Of a stretch of 64,000 nt of DNA, positions 38,700 through 47,487 are shown in pieces. The notes beneath the pieces are model-generated. The model was given only the letters and a program-made list of their open reading frames with translations. It ran no database searches and was not told where the DNA came from. Source of the stretch: Candidatus Bathyoplasma sp. NZ (lineage in GTDB: Bacteria; Bacillota_I; Bacilli_A; MAG-NZ); assembly GCA_013332095.1 (NCBI GenBank), contig JABENI010000010.1:14175-78174 (forward strand), written 5' to 3'. Position 1 is the stretch's first letter; every line of letters starts with the position of its first letter. The position numbers and the translations under genes were made by a program.

Positions 38700-38863
38700 A
38701 TATGGTACATTACAAGATGCAATTGATTTTAATCGATACGCAATTAAAACGAGAATAGATACAGTGAGGTTTGAATTGCTTTACAAAACTGTAGGTGGAT
38801 TAATTGGTGTTTGGTAATTAAGCCTAATGAGGTAAAGTGGTTAGTAAAAAAGAACTTACTTAA
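38700..38863 (+). pseudogene. 3' remnant of the second Ntn-hydrolase gene copy
   Basis: Aligns with 33285-33442 (LQDAIDFNRYAIKT.IDT.RFEL.YKTVGG), then frameshifts. Ends in the same TTACTTAA stop context plus hairpin. Confidence 0.75.
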
Positions 38864-38892
38864 AAAAAAAGGCAAATAGTTTGCCCTTTTTT
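38862..38892. terminator. Bidirectional terminator shared with convergent rnhC
   Basis: AAAAAAAAGGCAAATAGTTTGCCCTTTTTT. Confidence 0.6.
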
Positions 38893-38900
38893 ATTTTAAG

Positions 38901-39809
38901 TTATCCAACTGCCGAACAAGACTCTTTTTTAAGTTGCTTAATGGCTTTTTCTAATGTCTTAAAGTTTAATTTAGCAATCCCTTCTAAAAAATCTATCCCC
39001 TTATCAACAATTATCTCTCTGGTCGTGTCATCGACTTTTGTTCCTGCTCCTTTCGGAAGAAGACAGTTAAATTTCTTTTCTAACTGTTCCCATAAAACCA
39101 AAAAATAGTATCTTGCTAGGACACTAGCTGTCGCTACTGCTAAATATTTACTTTCAGCCTTCGTTTCGAAAATAATTTTTTCAAAAACTTCAGCCTCATT
39201 TTCCAAATATTGAAAATAATTTTTCGGTGGGGTAAATTGATCTAATATTACGCGATCGCATTTAACTTCTTTGCTAATCTCATTTAAAGCACGATTGTGC
39301 ATAAGCGCTTTAATTTTGTTCATATTATTGCCTTTTTTTTGTAATTTGTTATAATAAAAATTGTTTAAAAAAACTTCTTTATGAACAATAAAGGATTTCA
39401 ATTTAGGACCAATTTTTAATATTTGTTGGTCAGATAATTTTTTTGAATCATCTATTTTTAAATCTTTTAACAATTCGATTTGAGTATTGTTGATGTAAGC
39501 ACTAACTACGACGATAGGACCAAAAAAATCACCGGTACCTACTTCATCAGAACCGATAGCTTCGATATTTTCATTTTCTTTTTTAGCCGCAATTTGAAAA
39601 AGTTGACGCCAGTAGATATATTCACTTTCAGCAATAGTACCTTGAAACATAATTTTACCAGAAGTATAAGCAGTTACGGTAACTGCGGTGCTTTTTGATA
39701 AAAAATAAACATGTTCTGTACTATTTTCAACTAATGAATCTCGGTAAAAATCTTTAATTTTTGCTAAATTATTTTTACTAACTGCTAATACATAGTTCAA
39801 TATAATCAC
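38901..39809 (-). CDS. rnhC: Ribonuclease HIII
   Basis: N-terminal TBP-like domain followed by IGSDEVGTGDFFGPIVV, the RNase HIII active-site motif; 302 aa. Confidence 0.9.
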   Translation of the reverse strand: MIILNYVLAVSKNNLAKIKDFYRDSLVENSTEHVYFLSKSTAVTVTAYTSGKIMFQGTIAESEYIYWRQLFQIAAKKENENIEAIGSDEVGTGDFFGPIVVVSAYINNTQIELLKDLKIDDSKKLSDQQILKIGPKLKSFIVHKEVFLNNFYYNKLQKKGNNMNKIKALMHNRALNEISKEVKCDRVILDQFTPPKNYFQYLENEAEVFEKIIFETKAESKYLAVATASVLARYYFLVLWEQLEKKFNCLLPKGAGTKVDDTTREIIVDKGIDFLEGIAKLNFKTLEKAIKQLKKESCSAVG

Positions 39810-39872
39810 ATCCTACTATTATTCTAACAAAATTTTTGCTAAAATAATAGTAGAATATTGAGGAGCAATGAA

Positions 39873-42185
39873 ATGATAGTAGATAATAAAACATTAGAAT
39901 TTGATAAAATTAAAGAACTTATCGGTGAATTTTCCCAAAGTGAGTTAGGCAACGAAGAAGTAAAAAAGATAGCAGCGAAAACTGATTTTAAGCTAATTAA
40001 TTTAATGCTTTTAGAAACAGATCAGGCTCTTAGACTAGTATACAAGTACGGTACACCTAATTTAAGAAATCATTACGATATTTTACCATCTTTAAAAAGA
40101 GTTAGTCTAGAGGCGAGTTTAAACGCCCGTGAACTTAGAAATATAGCGATGCATTTATTTACGATCAAATCACTAAAAAAGTATTTAATTAGTGTCAATG
40201 ACTTAGAAGGTCAATTTGAAAGTTTTAAAACGAAAGTGGATAATTTATTTTATGATAAAAGGTTGTATCAAGAGATAAACAATGCGATTGATGAAAATTG
40301 TGAAATTTTAGATTCGGCCAGTTTTAACTTAGCTGGTATTAGAAACAAAATAAAAAAAAATGAGGAAAAAATTCAAGAAAAACTGCAAGAGATTGTGCAA
40401 ACACAAAAAAATTATTTAACAGATACGCTGATTAGTAAAAGAAATGATCGCTACGTGGTCAGAGTGAAAATAGAGTATAAAAATAAGTTTAAAGGTTTTA
40501 TTCAAGACTACTCTCAAAGTGGAGAAACGGCTTTTATGGAACCAGCGGCAATCACCGATATCACAAATAAAATTCAAATATTAAAAAATGAGCAAGAACT
40601 AGAAATCATTAAAATTTTAAAAGAGTTATCGACAGAAATAGTACCGTTTATCGATACTTTTAAAAGCAATAGTTATTTGTTAACCGAGTTAGATTTAATT
40701 TTTTCTAAAGCTCAGTTTGCTAAAAAATACCGCTGTGTTAAACCGAAAATTTCTCCTAAAATAAAACTTTTAAAAGCGCGACATCCGTTAATCGACCAAA
40801 AAGAAGTAGTGGCTAACGATATTGTTTATGATGACAATAAGTGCGTAATTATTACCGGACCGAATACTGGAGGAAAAACAGTAGCCTTAAAAACTTTAGG
40901 ACTTTTAGCAATAATGGCTCAAGCTGGTATTTTAATTCCCGTTGCTGAAAATAGTGAAATAAAAATATTCAGTGACATTTTCGCTGATATAGGTGACGAA
41001 CAATCAATTGAACAAAGTTTATCGACATTTTCTAGTCACATGACTAATATAATTAGAATAGTTAAAAATGCTCATGATAATTCACTTATCATTTTAGATG
41101 AATTGGGCTCAGGGACTGACCCTAAAGAGGGAAGCAGTTTAGCTGTTTCTCTAATAAAGTACTTTTTGAAAAAAAATACTTATATCATGGCTACTACCCA
41201 TTATCCGGAATTGAAAGTATTTGCTTTTAATGAGGATAAAGTAGTTAATGCTTCGACTAAATTTGATATTGAAACGCTATCACCTACTTATAAATTAGCG
41301 ATTGGGATACCTGGTAGTTCAAATGCCTTTGAAATAAGTAGAAGGTTAGGGTTAGAAGAGGAAATATTAAGTTTAGCAAAAGAAGAAAACAGCACAAGCG
41401 AGAGTGATGTTACTAAACTGCTGAACACTTTAGCAGAAAAAACTAAAAGATTAGACGACCAATCAGAACAGTTACAAAAAGAGCAATTAGAAGTTGAAAA
41501 AATCAAAACAACTTTAAAAAATGAATTGAGTAGAATCGAAACTAAAAAGCAAAATATTTTAAGAGAAGTTGATCAAAAAGCCAAAGAAGTAGTAGAAAAC
41601 GCTAAAATAAAAGCTGATAAAATTATAAAAGAGTTGCTTAAATACAATTCAGAGGTAAAAATGCATCAACTTACGGAAAAGAAGACCGAACTTAAAAATA
41701 TTTATAAAATGGAAGTGAAAAAGAAAAAAAATCAAGATGTCGAATATTTATTAGGCGATTTGGTTAAAGTTATCACTTATAACCAAAATGGACAAATAAT
41801 TAAAATTTTAGCAAATAATAATTTTGAAATAAGAATGGGTATATTAACGACAAAAGTGCACAAAAATAATTTGGAGTTTATCCAAAGAAAAGAAAAACAA
41901 AAAGTTTCAGCAAAAATTAATTTTAAAAATGCCACCACTGTTGGGCTGGAATTAGATTTAAGAGGTGAAAGATTGTTAGAGGCATTAATTAAATTAGATA
42001 AATATATCGATGATTTAATTATCAATAAGATTAATCAAGCCTCAATAATTCACGGACATGGAACAAATGTTTTAAAAAAAGGGATTCAAGAACATTTGAA
42101 AAAAAATAAATATATTGAAAGTTTCGCCTACGGTAAAGCCTATGAGGGTGGTAGTGGGGTAACGGTGATTACTTTAAAAGTATAA
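39873..42185 (+). CDS. mutS2: Endonuclease MutS2 (MutS domain + Smr)
   Basis: GPNTGGKT, DELGSGTDP, C-terminal Smr (LDLRGERLLEAL, IHGHGTNVLKKGI). ATG 39873 follows GAGGAG. Confidence 0.9.
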   Translation: MIVDNKTLEFDKIKELIGEFSQSELGNEEVKKIAAKTDFKLINLMLLETDQALRLVYKYGTPNLRNHYDILPSLKRVSLEASLNARELRNIAMHLFTIKSLKKYLISVNDLEGQFESFKTKVDNLFYDKRLYQEINNAIDENCEILDSASFNLAGIRNKIKKNEEKIQEKLQEIVQTQKNYLTDTLISKRNDRYVVRVKIEYKNKFKGFIQDYSQSGETAFMEPAAITDITNKIQILKNEQELEIIKILKELSTEIVPFIDTFKSNSYLLTELDLIFSKAQFAKKYRCVKPKISPKIKLLKARHPLIDQKEVVANDIVYDDNKCVIITGPNTGGKTVALKTLGLLAIMAQAGILIPVAENSEIKIFSDIFADIGDEQSIEQSLSTFSSHMTNIIRIVKNAHDNSLIILDELGSGTDPKEGSSLAVSLIKYFLKKNTYIMATTHYPELKVFAFNEDKVVNASTKFDIETLSPTYKLAIGIPGSSNAFEISRRLGLEEEILSLAKEENSTSESDVTKLLNTLAEKTKRLDDQSEQLQKEQLEVEKIKTTLKNELSRIETKKQNILREVDQKAKEVVENAKIKADKIIKELLKYNSEVKMHQLTEKKTELKNIYKMEVKKKKNQDVEYLLGDLVKVITYNQNGQIIKILANNNFEIRMGILTTKVHKNNLEFIQRKEKQKVSAKINFKNATTVGLELDLRGERLLEALIKLDKYIDDLIINKINQASIIHGHGTNVLKKGIQEHLKKNKYIESFAYGKAYEGGSGVTVITLKV

Positions 42186-42257
42186 AACACTTGTAAAGAA
42201 ATTAAAAATTCAATATAATAAATTAGGTAAAGAATGAATTGATAAGGAGATTGGGAA

Positions 42258-42563
42258 ATGGTAGAAAAGTTAGATAGTTCTAATTTTATTGAAAAAACAA
42301 AAAGCGGTAAAGTTATCATCGATTTTTATGCAGAATGGTGTGGACCTTGTAAAATGATGGCACCTTTCTTTAAAGAAGTTGCCGAAAGTATTACCGATGT
42401 TAAATTTGTAAAAATAGATGTTGATCAATGTCGCGATGCTGCGGCTAAGTACAATATTACTAGCATTCCAACGATGGTAGTATTAGTAGATGGTTTAGAA
42501 GTTGATCGAAATATTGGCTTTATTCCTAAACCACTGATTGAAAAATTAGCTAGATCTAATTAA
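42258..42563 (+). CDS. trxA: Thioredoxin
   Basis: WCGPC active site, 101 aa. Confidence 0.95.
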   Translation: MVEKLDSSNFIEKTKSGKVIIDFYAEWCGPCKMMAPFFKEVAESITDVKFVKIDVDQCRDAAAKYNITSIPTMVVLVDGLEVDRNIGFIPKPLIEKLARSN

Positions 42564-42567
42564 AGCG

Positions 42568-42598
42568 AAAAACTTCTTATTTATTGAGAAGTTTTTTT
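42568..42598 (+). terminator. Rho-independent terminator
   Basis: AAAAACTTCT-tatttattg-AGAAGTTTTT plus T-run. Confidence 0.7.
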
Positions 42599-42614
42599 AA
42601 GAAAAATATATTTA

Positions 42615-42623
42615 TGTTATAAT
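42615..42623 (+). promoter_or_regulatory. Candidate extended -10 promoter (TGtTATAAT) for truB-ribF
   Basis: TGTTATAAT about 22 nt upstream of the truB start. Confidence 0.35.
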
Positions 42624-42645
42624 TTATTTGTTAGGGATGATTTAA

Positions 42646-43521
42646 ATGAAAATAGACGGAATATTAATAATAAATAAGCCACAAGGAATAACTAGTCACG
42701 ATTGTGTCGACCAAGTTCGTAAAATTTTTAAGACACGTAAAGTTGGACATACGGGGACATTAGATCCAGATGCTGTTGGTGTTTTACCAATTTGTATCAA
42801 TAAGGCTACTAAAATTGCCCAGTATATAACAGCCAATGAAAAAGAGTACTACTGCCGAGTTAAATTAGGATTTTCCACAACTACCGAAGATGCTAGTGGC
42901 GAAATAGTTAAAGAAAAGAAAATAGACCGAATCATCACCAAAGAAGAGTGTGTCTCGGCCTTAAATCAACTTTTAAATTTAAATAGCCAAATTCCGCCGA
43001 TGTACAGTAGCGTTAAAGTAAACGGTAAAAAACTATACGAGTATGCCAGGCAAGGAATTGAGATTGAAAGAGAACCAAGAGCGATAACTGTTTATCAAGT
43101 TGAGATGGAAGGCGAGATTATTAACAATGCCGATGGTACGGTAGAATTTTGTTTTTCAATTTTAGGCTCTAAAGGAATTTATATCAGAACAATTTGTGTT
43201 ACGATAGGTCAAATTTTAGGATATCCTAGTCATATGTCTTATTTAAAGCGCAACAGTGTTGGTAAATTTAACATCGCTCAAGCGATTGATTTAGATAAAC
43301 TGACAATTAATTCTAAATGTATTTCTGTTGAAGAGGCACTTGATTTTGAAACTATTAAAGTCGATCAATTAACAGCATTCAAAGTAAAAAATGGTGCTGC
43401 TATTTTAAATATTTATGATATTTTTGATAAAGTAACCATTTGTGACGATAGCCGGGTGATCGCCATTTATGAAGTTGACCAAAAAAGAGAAAACTGGTTG
43501 AAGGCAGTTAAGGTGTTATGA
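42646..43521 (+). CDS. truB: tRNA pseudouridine-55 synthase
   Basis: GHTGTLDPDAVGVLP catalytic Asp motif. Confidence 0.9.
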   Translation: MKIDGILIINKPQGITSHDCVDQVRKIFKTRKVGHTGTLDPDAVGVLPICINKATKIAQYITANEKEYYCRVKLGFSTTTEDASGEIVKEKKIDRIITKEECVSALNQLLNLNSQIPPMYSSVKVNGKKLYEYARQGIEIEREPRAITVYQVEMEGEIINNADGTVEFCFSILGSKGIYIRTICVTIGQILGYPSHMSYLKRNSVGKFNIAQAIDLDKLTINSKCISVEEALDFETIKVDQLTAFKVKNGAAILNIYDIFDKVTICDDSRVIAIYEVDQKRENWLKAVKVL

Positions 43522-44459
43522 TGAAAATAATAGAGATAGGTTTAGAGCAAAAGATGCCAGAATTTTCTGAAGGATTGGTAGTAGCGTTAGGTTTTTTTGA
43601 TGGAATTCACATTGCTCATATGGATTTGATTAACGAAGTAATTGCAATAGGTGAGCGGGAAAATTTAAAAAAAGGTATTATAACTTTTCACCCCAATCCT
43701 AATTTTGTTTTGAACAAAAATAATGAAGATGATTTTTTAACTCCGCTTGAAGTTCGAAAAAAAATATTTTCGAAGTTGGATATAGACTATTTAATAATTA
43801 TTAATTTTACTTTAAAAATAGCGAAATTAAAGAAAAAAGAGTTTATTCAAAAACTGATACTACCTTTAAAGGTAAAGTATTTAGTAGCTGGATTTGACAA
43901 TCGATACGGTTCTAACGGTGAAGGTAGTATCAAGACTATTTTTGCAGATTCCGGTGGCAAAATCGCTCCAGTTAAAATTTGTGAAAGACAATTTAACGGA
44001 ACAAAAATAGGTTCTACTTTAATTAAATCTCTACTAGATGAGGGAAAAGTAAAAAAAGTAGAAATTCTTTTAAATAGACCGTACTCAATATCCGGCTATG
44101 TAATTCACGGAAAAGGTTTAGGTAAAACAGTCGGAGTTCCGACGGCTAATTTAGGGCTGAAATATCCATTTAAGTTACCAACAGATGGAGTTTATCTAGT
44201 GAAAGTTAATCTGCTAGAGAAAACTCATTACGGTATTTGTAACATCGGTCACAACCCCACTTTTAACTATAAACATGAAGTATCGATAGAAGTCCATATC
44301 TTTGATTTTGAGCAAGATATTTACGGTGAACATTTAGAAATATATTTTATCGATAGAATCAGAGATGAAGTTAAATTTGCTACTTTGACGGAATTATTAA
44401 ATCAAATTAAAAGCGATATTATAAAAGCAAAAAAATTAATTAAAAAAATAAACCGATAA
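43518..44459 (+). CDS. ribF: Bifunctional riboflavin kinase/FAD synthetase
   Basis: GFFDGIHIAH (FAD synthetase) and GVPTANL...GICNIGHNPTF (riboflavin kinase). Confidence 0.9.
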   Translation: MMKIIEIGLEQKMPEFSEGLVVALGFFDGIHIAHMDLINEVIAIGERENLKKGIITFHPNPNFVLNKNNEDDFLTPLEVRKKIFSKLDIDYLIIINFTLKIAKLKKKEFIQKLILPLKVKYLVAGFDNRYGSNGEGSIKTIFADSGGKIAPVKICERQFNGTKIGSTLIKSLLDEGKVKKVEILLNRPYSISGYVIHGKGLGKTVGVPTANLGLKYPFKLPTDGVYLVKVNLLEKTHYGICNIGHNPTFNYKHEVSIEVHIFDFEQDIYGEHLEIYFIDRIRDEVKFATLTELLNQIKSDIIKAKKLIKKINR

Positions 44460-44462
44460 ATG

Positions 44463-44491
44463 TTTACTTTTGTCAACAAATATAATATAAT
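44463..44491 (+). promoter_or_regulatory. Candidate promoter of rpsO
   Basis: TTTACT, 17 nt spacer, TATAAT (44486-44491). Confidence 0.35.
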
Positions 44492-44577
44492 CATATGGAC
44501 GTTATACGTTGCTCTCGGTATTTTTCCAACTGTTAGCGCTGTATAGACGTGACAATTTAATTAAGGGAGATAGAAAA
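44492..44577 (+). promoter_or_regulatory. rpsO 5' leader with long-range hairpin (possible S15 autoregulatory element)
   Basis: ACGTTATAC (about 44499-44507) can pair with GTATAGACGT (about 44540-44549), enclosing about 32 nt. GGGAGA RBS lies just downstream. Confidence 0.3.
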
Positions 44578-44847
44578 ATGAGTTTAACAAAAGAAAGAAA
44601 AGCTGAAGTTATCGCAGAATACGCTACTGTAGAGAGCGATACCGGATCAGCAGAAGTTCAAATTGCTATTTTAACGGCAGAAATTAACAGTTTAAATGAC
44701 CACTTAAAAATTCACATCCACGATTTTCATTCACGTAGAGGATTATTGAAAAAAGTAGGTGTCAGAAGAAGTTTACTTAAATATTTAACTAAAAAAGATG
44801 TCAATCGTTACCGTGAACTAATTAAACGTTTAGGGTTAAGAAGATAA
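44578..44847 (+). CDS. rpsO: 30S ribosomal protein S15
   Basis: [15 protein letters not shown]...[11 protein letters not shown]..., 89 aa. The track TTG start at 44509 is rejected. Confidence 0.95.
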   Translation: MSLTKERKAEVIAEYATVESDTGSAEVQIAILTAEINSLNDHLKIHIHDFHSRRGLLKKVGVRRSLLKYLTKKDVNRYRELIKRLGLRR

Positions 44848-44865
44848 ATTTACATTAAAATTAAC

Positions 44866-44898
44866 GAACCGGTAGAAATCGGTTCTGTTTTTTTTGTT
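44866..44898 (+). terminator. Rho-independent terminator
   Basis: GAACCG-gtagaaat-CGGTTC plus T-run. Confidence 0.7.
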
Positions 44899-44983
44899 TT
44901 AAAGATAAATAAAATAATTTTTAATAGTTTTTATTTTAAAGACTTAACTTTTTTGTTATACTTAAAAAGTAGGAAGTGGTATT

Positions 44984-45214
44984 TTGTTAATTATAAAATG
45001 TAGTAGATGTAAAAAAAAAATATTTAAATATCAAAAAATTGGTAGTGGGGCTGTTTTAAAGTGTCATTTTAGTAAAATTACCGAGTGGTTGATAGAAGCA
45101 CCTACAACTGATTTGTTTTGTGAATGCAATAATAAAATTGGAATCAAAAAAGATGACTGTTATAAGATGATTGAAAAATCATTTGTAGCGCGAGGTCAAA
45201 AAATAAAAAAGTAA
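44984..45214 (+). CDS. Small Cys-rich (zinc-ribbon-like) protein, 76 aa
   Basis: CSRC...CEC pattern; TTG start after GGAAGTGG. Ends 13 nt before topB. Confidence 0.45.
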   Translation: MLIIKCSRCKKKIFKYQKIGSGAVLKCHFSKITEWLIEAPTTDLFCECNNKIGIKKDDCYKMIEKSFVARGQKIKK

Positions 45215-45227
45215 GGAATGTATTGAG

Positions 45228-47393
45228 ATGAAAACATTAGTATTGGCAGAAAAGCCTTCCGTAGGTCGAGATATCGCTAGAGTCTTAAACTGTACGAGAA
45301 GTAATAGGAGTTATATCGAGGGGAGCAAATATGTTGTTACTTGGGCATTGGGTCATTTAGTGACATTGGCTGATCCTGATTATTATGGAGACAAGTATAA
45401 ATCTTGGCGAATAGAAGATTTACCAATAAAACCTAAACAGTATAAGTTGGTGACGATTAAACAAACTAGCGCTCAATTTAATGTGGTAAAGGGGTTGTTG
45501 AACAGAAACGATATTAACGAGATTGTCATTGCTACCGATGCCGGTAGAGAAGGAGAATTAGTTGCTAGATGGATTATTGAAAAAGCAAACGTCAAAAAAA
45601 GAATCAAAAGACTGTGGATATCTTCAGTAACAGATAAAGCGATAAAAGATGGTTTCAATAATTTAAAAGATGGAAAACTTTACGAAAACTTATATCAATG
45701 TGCCGTAGCGAGAAGTGAGGCGGACTGGGTAGTAGGAATAAACGCAACGAGAGCTTTAACTTGTCACTACGGTGCCAGTTTATCATGTGGACGTGTTCAA
45801 ACCCCAACAGTACATATGATCAATCGAAGACAAGATGAAATATTAAACTTTAGAGCAAAAGCCTATTATAAAGTTATTATTCGAACACCAGAAATAGATT
45901 TGATTTACAACGGTAATAAAATGTACGACGAAGAAAAAGTTAATAAGTTAGTCGAAAAAATAAAAGCTAAAAATAAAGTACTGATAAACGTAAAAAAAGC
46001 TGATAAAAAAACATCTGCTCCTAAACTGTACGATTTAACGGAATTGCAAAGAGACGCTAATCGGCTGTACGGATTTAGTGCTAAAGGAACGCTTTCCGTT
46101 ATTCAAAGTTTATATGAATATCACAAAGTTTTAACTTATCCTAGAACCGATTCACGTTATTTAACAAAAGATATTTTACCAACTTTAAAAGAGAGAATTA
46201 GATCGCTTGGTAATCCTAAGTACAACAAAGTTTCCGAAATTATTTTAAAACAAGAAATTAAAAGTAGCAAGTCCTTTATCGATGACGCTAAAGTTAGTGA
46301 TCACCATGCGATTATTCCAACTGAAGTAAAAGCACGTATCGGTAATTTTAATCAAGACGAATTAAAAATATACGATTTAGTAGTCAAGAGGTTTCTAGCA
46401 GTTTTACTACCAGCATTTACTTATTTGCAGACAAAAATTGAAACGAGCATCGATAATTTAACTTTTTCAACTAGTGGTAAAATTGTTAAAGATTTAGGCT
46501 GGAAAAAAGTTTACAGTAAAGAAGAAGAGTTTGAAGATGTAGAAGATAGTAACGATGTAATTTTACCGAATATTGCTAACGGAAGTAATTTGACGATTAG
46601 CGATGTTTATTATGAAGAATACTTCACTAAACCACCTAGTCCTTTTACTGAGGGGACACTGTTAGGTGCGATGGAAAATCCAATTAAGTTTATCGAGACT
46701 AACGATAAAGAGTTGGTGGCTAAAATGGGTGAAGTAGGGGGAATCGGAACAGTTGCGACAAGAGCGGACATTATTGAAAAGTTGTTGAAAAATTTTCTGA
46801 TTGAAAAAAGAGAAAATAAATTATACATAACTTCTAAAGGTAGACAGTTACTAAATTTAGTTCCCAACGATTTAAAATCACCACTTTTGACAGCAAAGTG
46901 GGAAAAACAGTTATCGTTGATTGAAAAAGGAAAATTGAGAAAAAGTGATTTTGTTAAAAAAATGGAACTGTATGCTGACGAGTTAGTACACGATATTAAA
47001 GGTAGTAAAAAACTGTTTAAACACGATAATTTATCTAGTAAAAAATGTCCTGAGTGTGGTAAAATATTACTAGAAGTAAATGGTAAACACGGACAGATGT
47101 TAGTCTGTCAAGACCGAGAATGTAAATACCGGGAAAATGTCTTTAAAGTTACTAATAGTAGATGTCCAAAATGTCACAAGAAATTAAATTTAGCTGGTGT
47201 TGGCGATAAACAAATTTTTACTTGTCAATGTGGCTACCGTGAAAAATTGTCAGCGTTTAAAAAAAGAAAAGAAGAGAGTGCTGATGGAGTAAATAAAAGG
47301 CAAGTTGGGAAGTTTATGCAAGAGCAAGAAAAAGAACAAAAAGCTAGTAAACACAATCCATTTGCTGATTTACTATCGAAGTATAAAAAATAA
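45228..47393 (+). CDS. topB: DNA topoisomerase III with C-terminal zinc ribbons
   Basis: Toprim LAEKPS/TDAGREGE, catalytic Tyr context LTYPRTDSRYL, C-terminal CPECG...CQDRECKY and CPKCH...CQCGY. Confidence 0.9.
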   Translation: MKTLVLAEKPSVGRDIARVLNCTRSNRSYIEGSKYVVTWALGHLVTLADPDYYGDKYKSWRIEDLPIKPKQYKLVTIKQTSAQFNVVKGLLNRNDINEIVIATDAGREGELVARWIIEKANVKKRIKRLWISSVTDKAIKDGFNNLKDGKLYENLYQCAVARSEADWVVGINATRALTCHYGASLSCGRVQTPTVHMINRRQDEILNFRAKAYYKVIIRTPEIDLIYNGNKMYDEEKVNKLVEKIKAKNKVLINVKKADKKTSAPKLYDLTELQRDANRLYGFSAKGTLSVIQSLYEYHKVLTYPRTDSRYLTKDILPTLKERIRSLGNPKYNKVSEIILKQEIKSSKSFIDDAKVSDHHAIIPTEVKARIGNFNQDELKIYDLVVKRFLAVLLPAFTYLQTKIETSIDNLTFSTSGKIVKDLGWKKVYSKEEEFEDVEDSNDVILPNIANGSNLTISDVYYEEYFTKPPSPFTEGTLLGAMENPIKFIETNDKELVAKMGEVGGIGTVATRADIIEKLLKNFLIEKRENKLYITSKGRQLLNLVPNDLKSPLLTAKWEKQLSLIEKGKLRKSDFVKKMELYADELVHDIKGSKKLFKHDNLSSKKCPECGKILLEVNGKHGQMLVCQDRECKYRENVFKVTNSRCPKCHKKLNLAGVGDKQIFTCQCGYREKLSAFKKRKEESADGVNKRQVGKFMQEQEKEQKASKHNPFADLLSKYKK

Positions 47394-47487
47394 ATGTTTA
47401 TTTTTGAAAATTAAAAAGAAAATTAATATTTTGATGTTTTTTAAAGAATTATATGATATATTATAATGAAAGTAGGGAGTGGTTAAA

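Noticed and set aside
38635-38817. 60-aa ORF annotated by the track
   Set aside because: Only its C-terminal half is homologous to the Ntn hydrolase 3' end. It is treated as a pseudogene remnant, not a gene.
30898-38893. Prophage, ICE or IS element as the explanation for the rluD-rnhC island, and likewise for 4.5-10.3 kb and 49-59 kb
   Set aside because: I recognised no integrase, transposase, relaxase, phage structural gene or terminal inverted repeat. The direct repeats are explained by internal tandem duplication of local sequence.
38881-39108. 75-aa + strand ORF, and 39480-39698 + strand ORF
   Set aside because: Both are antisense to the well-supported rnhC gene.
44509-44577. TTG-start N-terminal extension of rpsO in the ORF track
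   Set aside because: S15 begins at ATG 44578 (MSLTKERK) with GGGAGA RBS. The extension is leader RNA.
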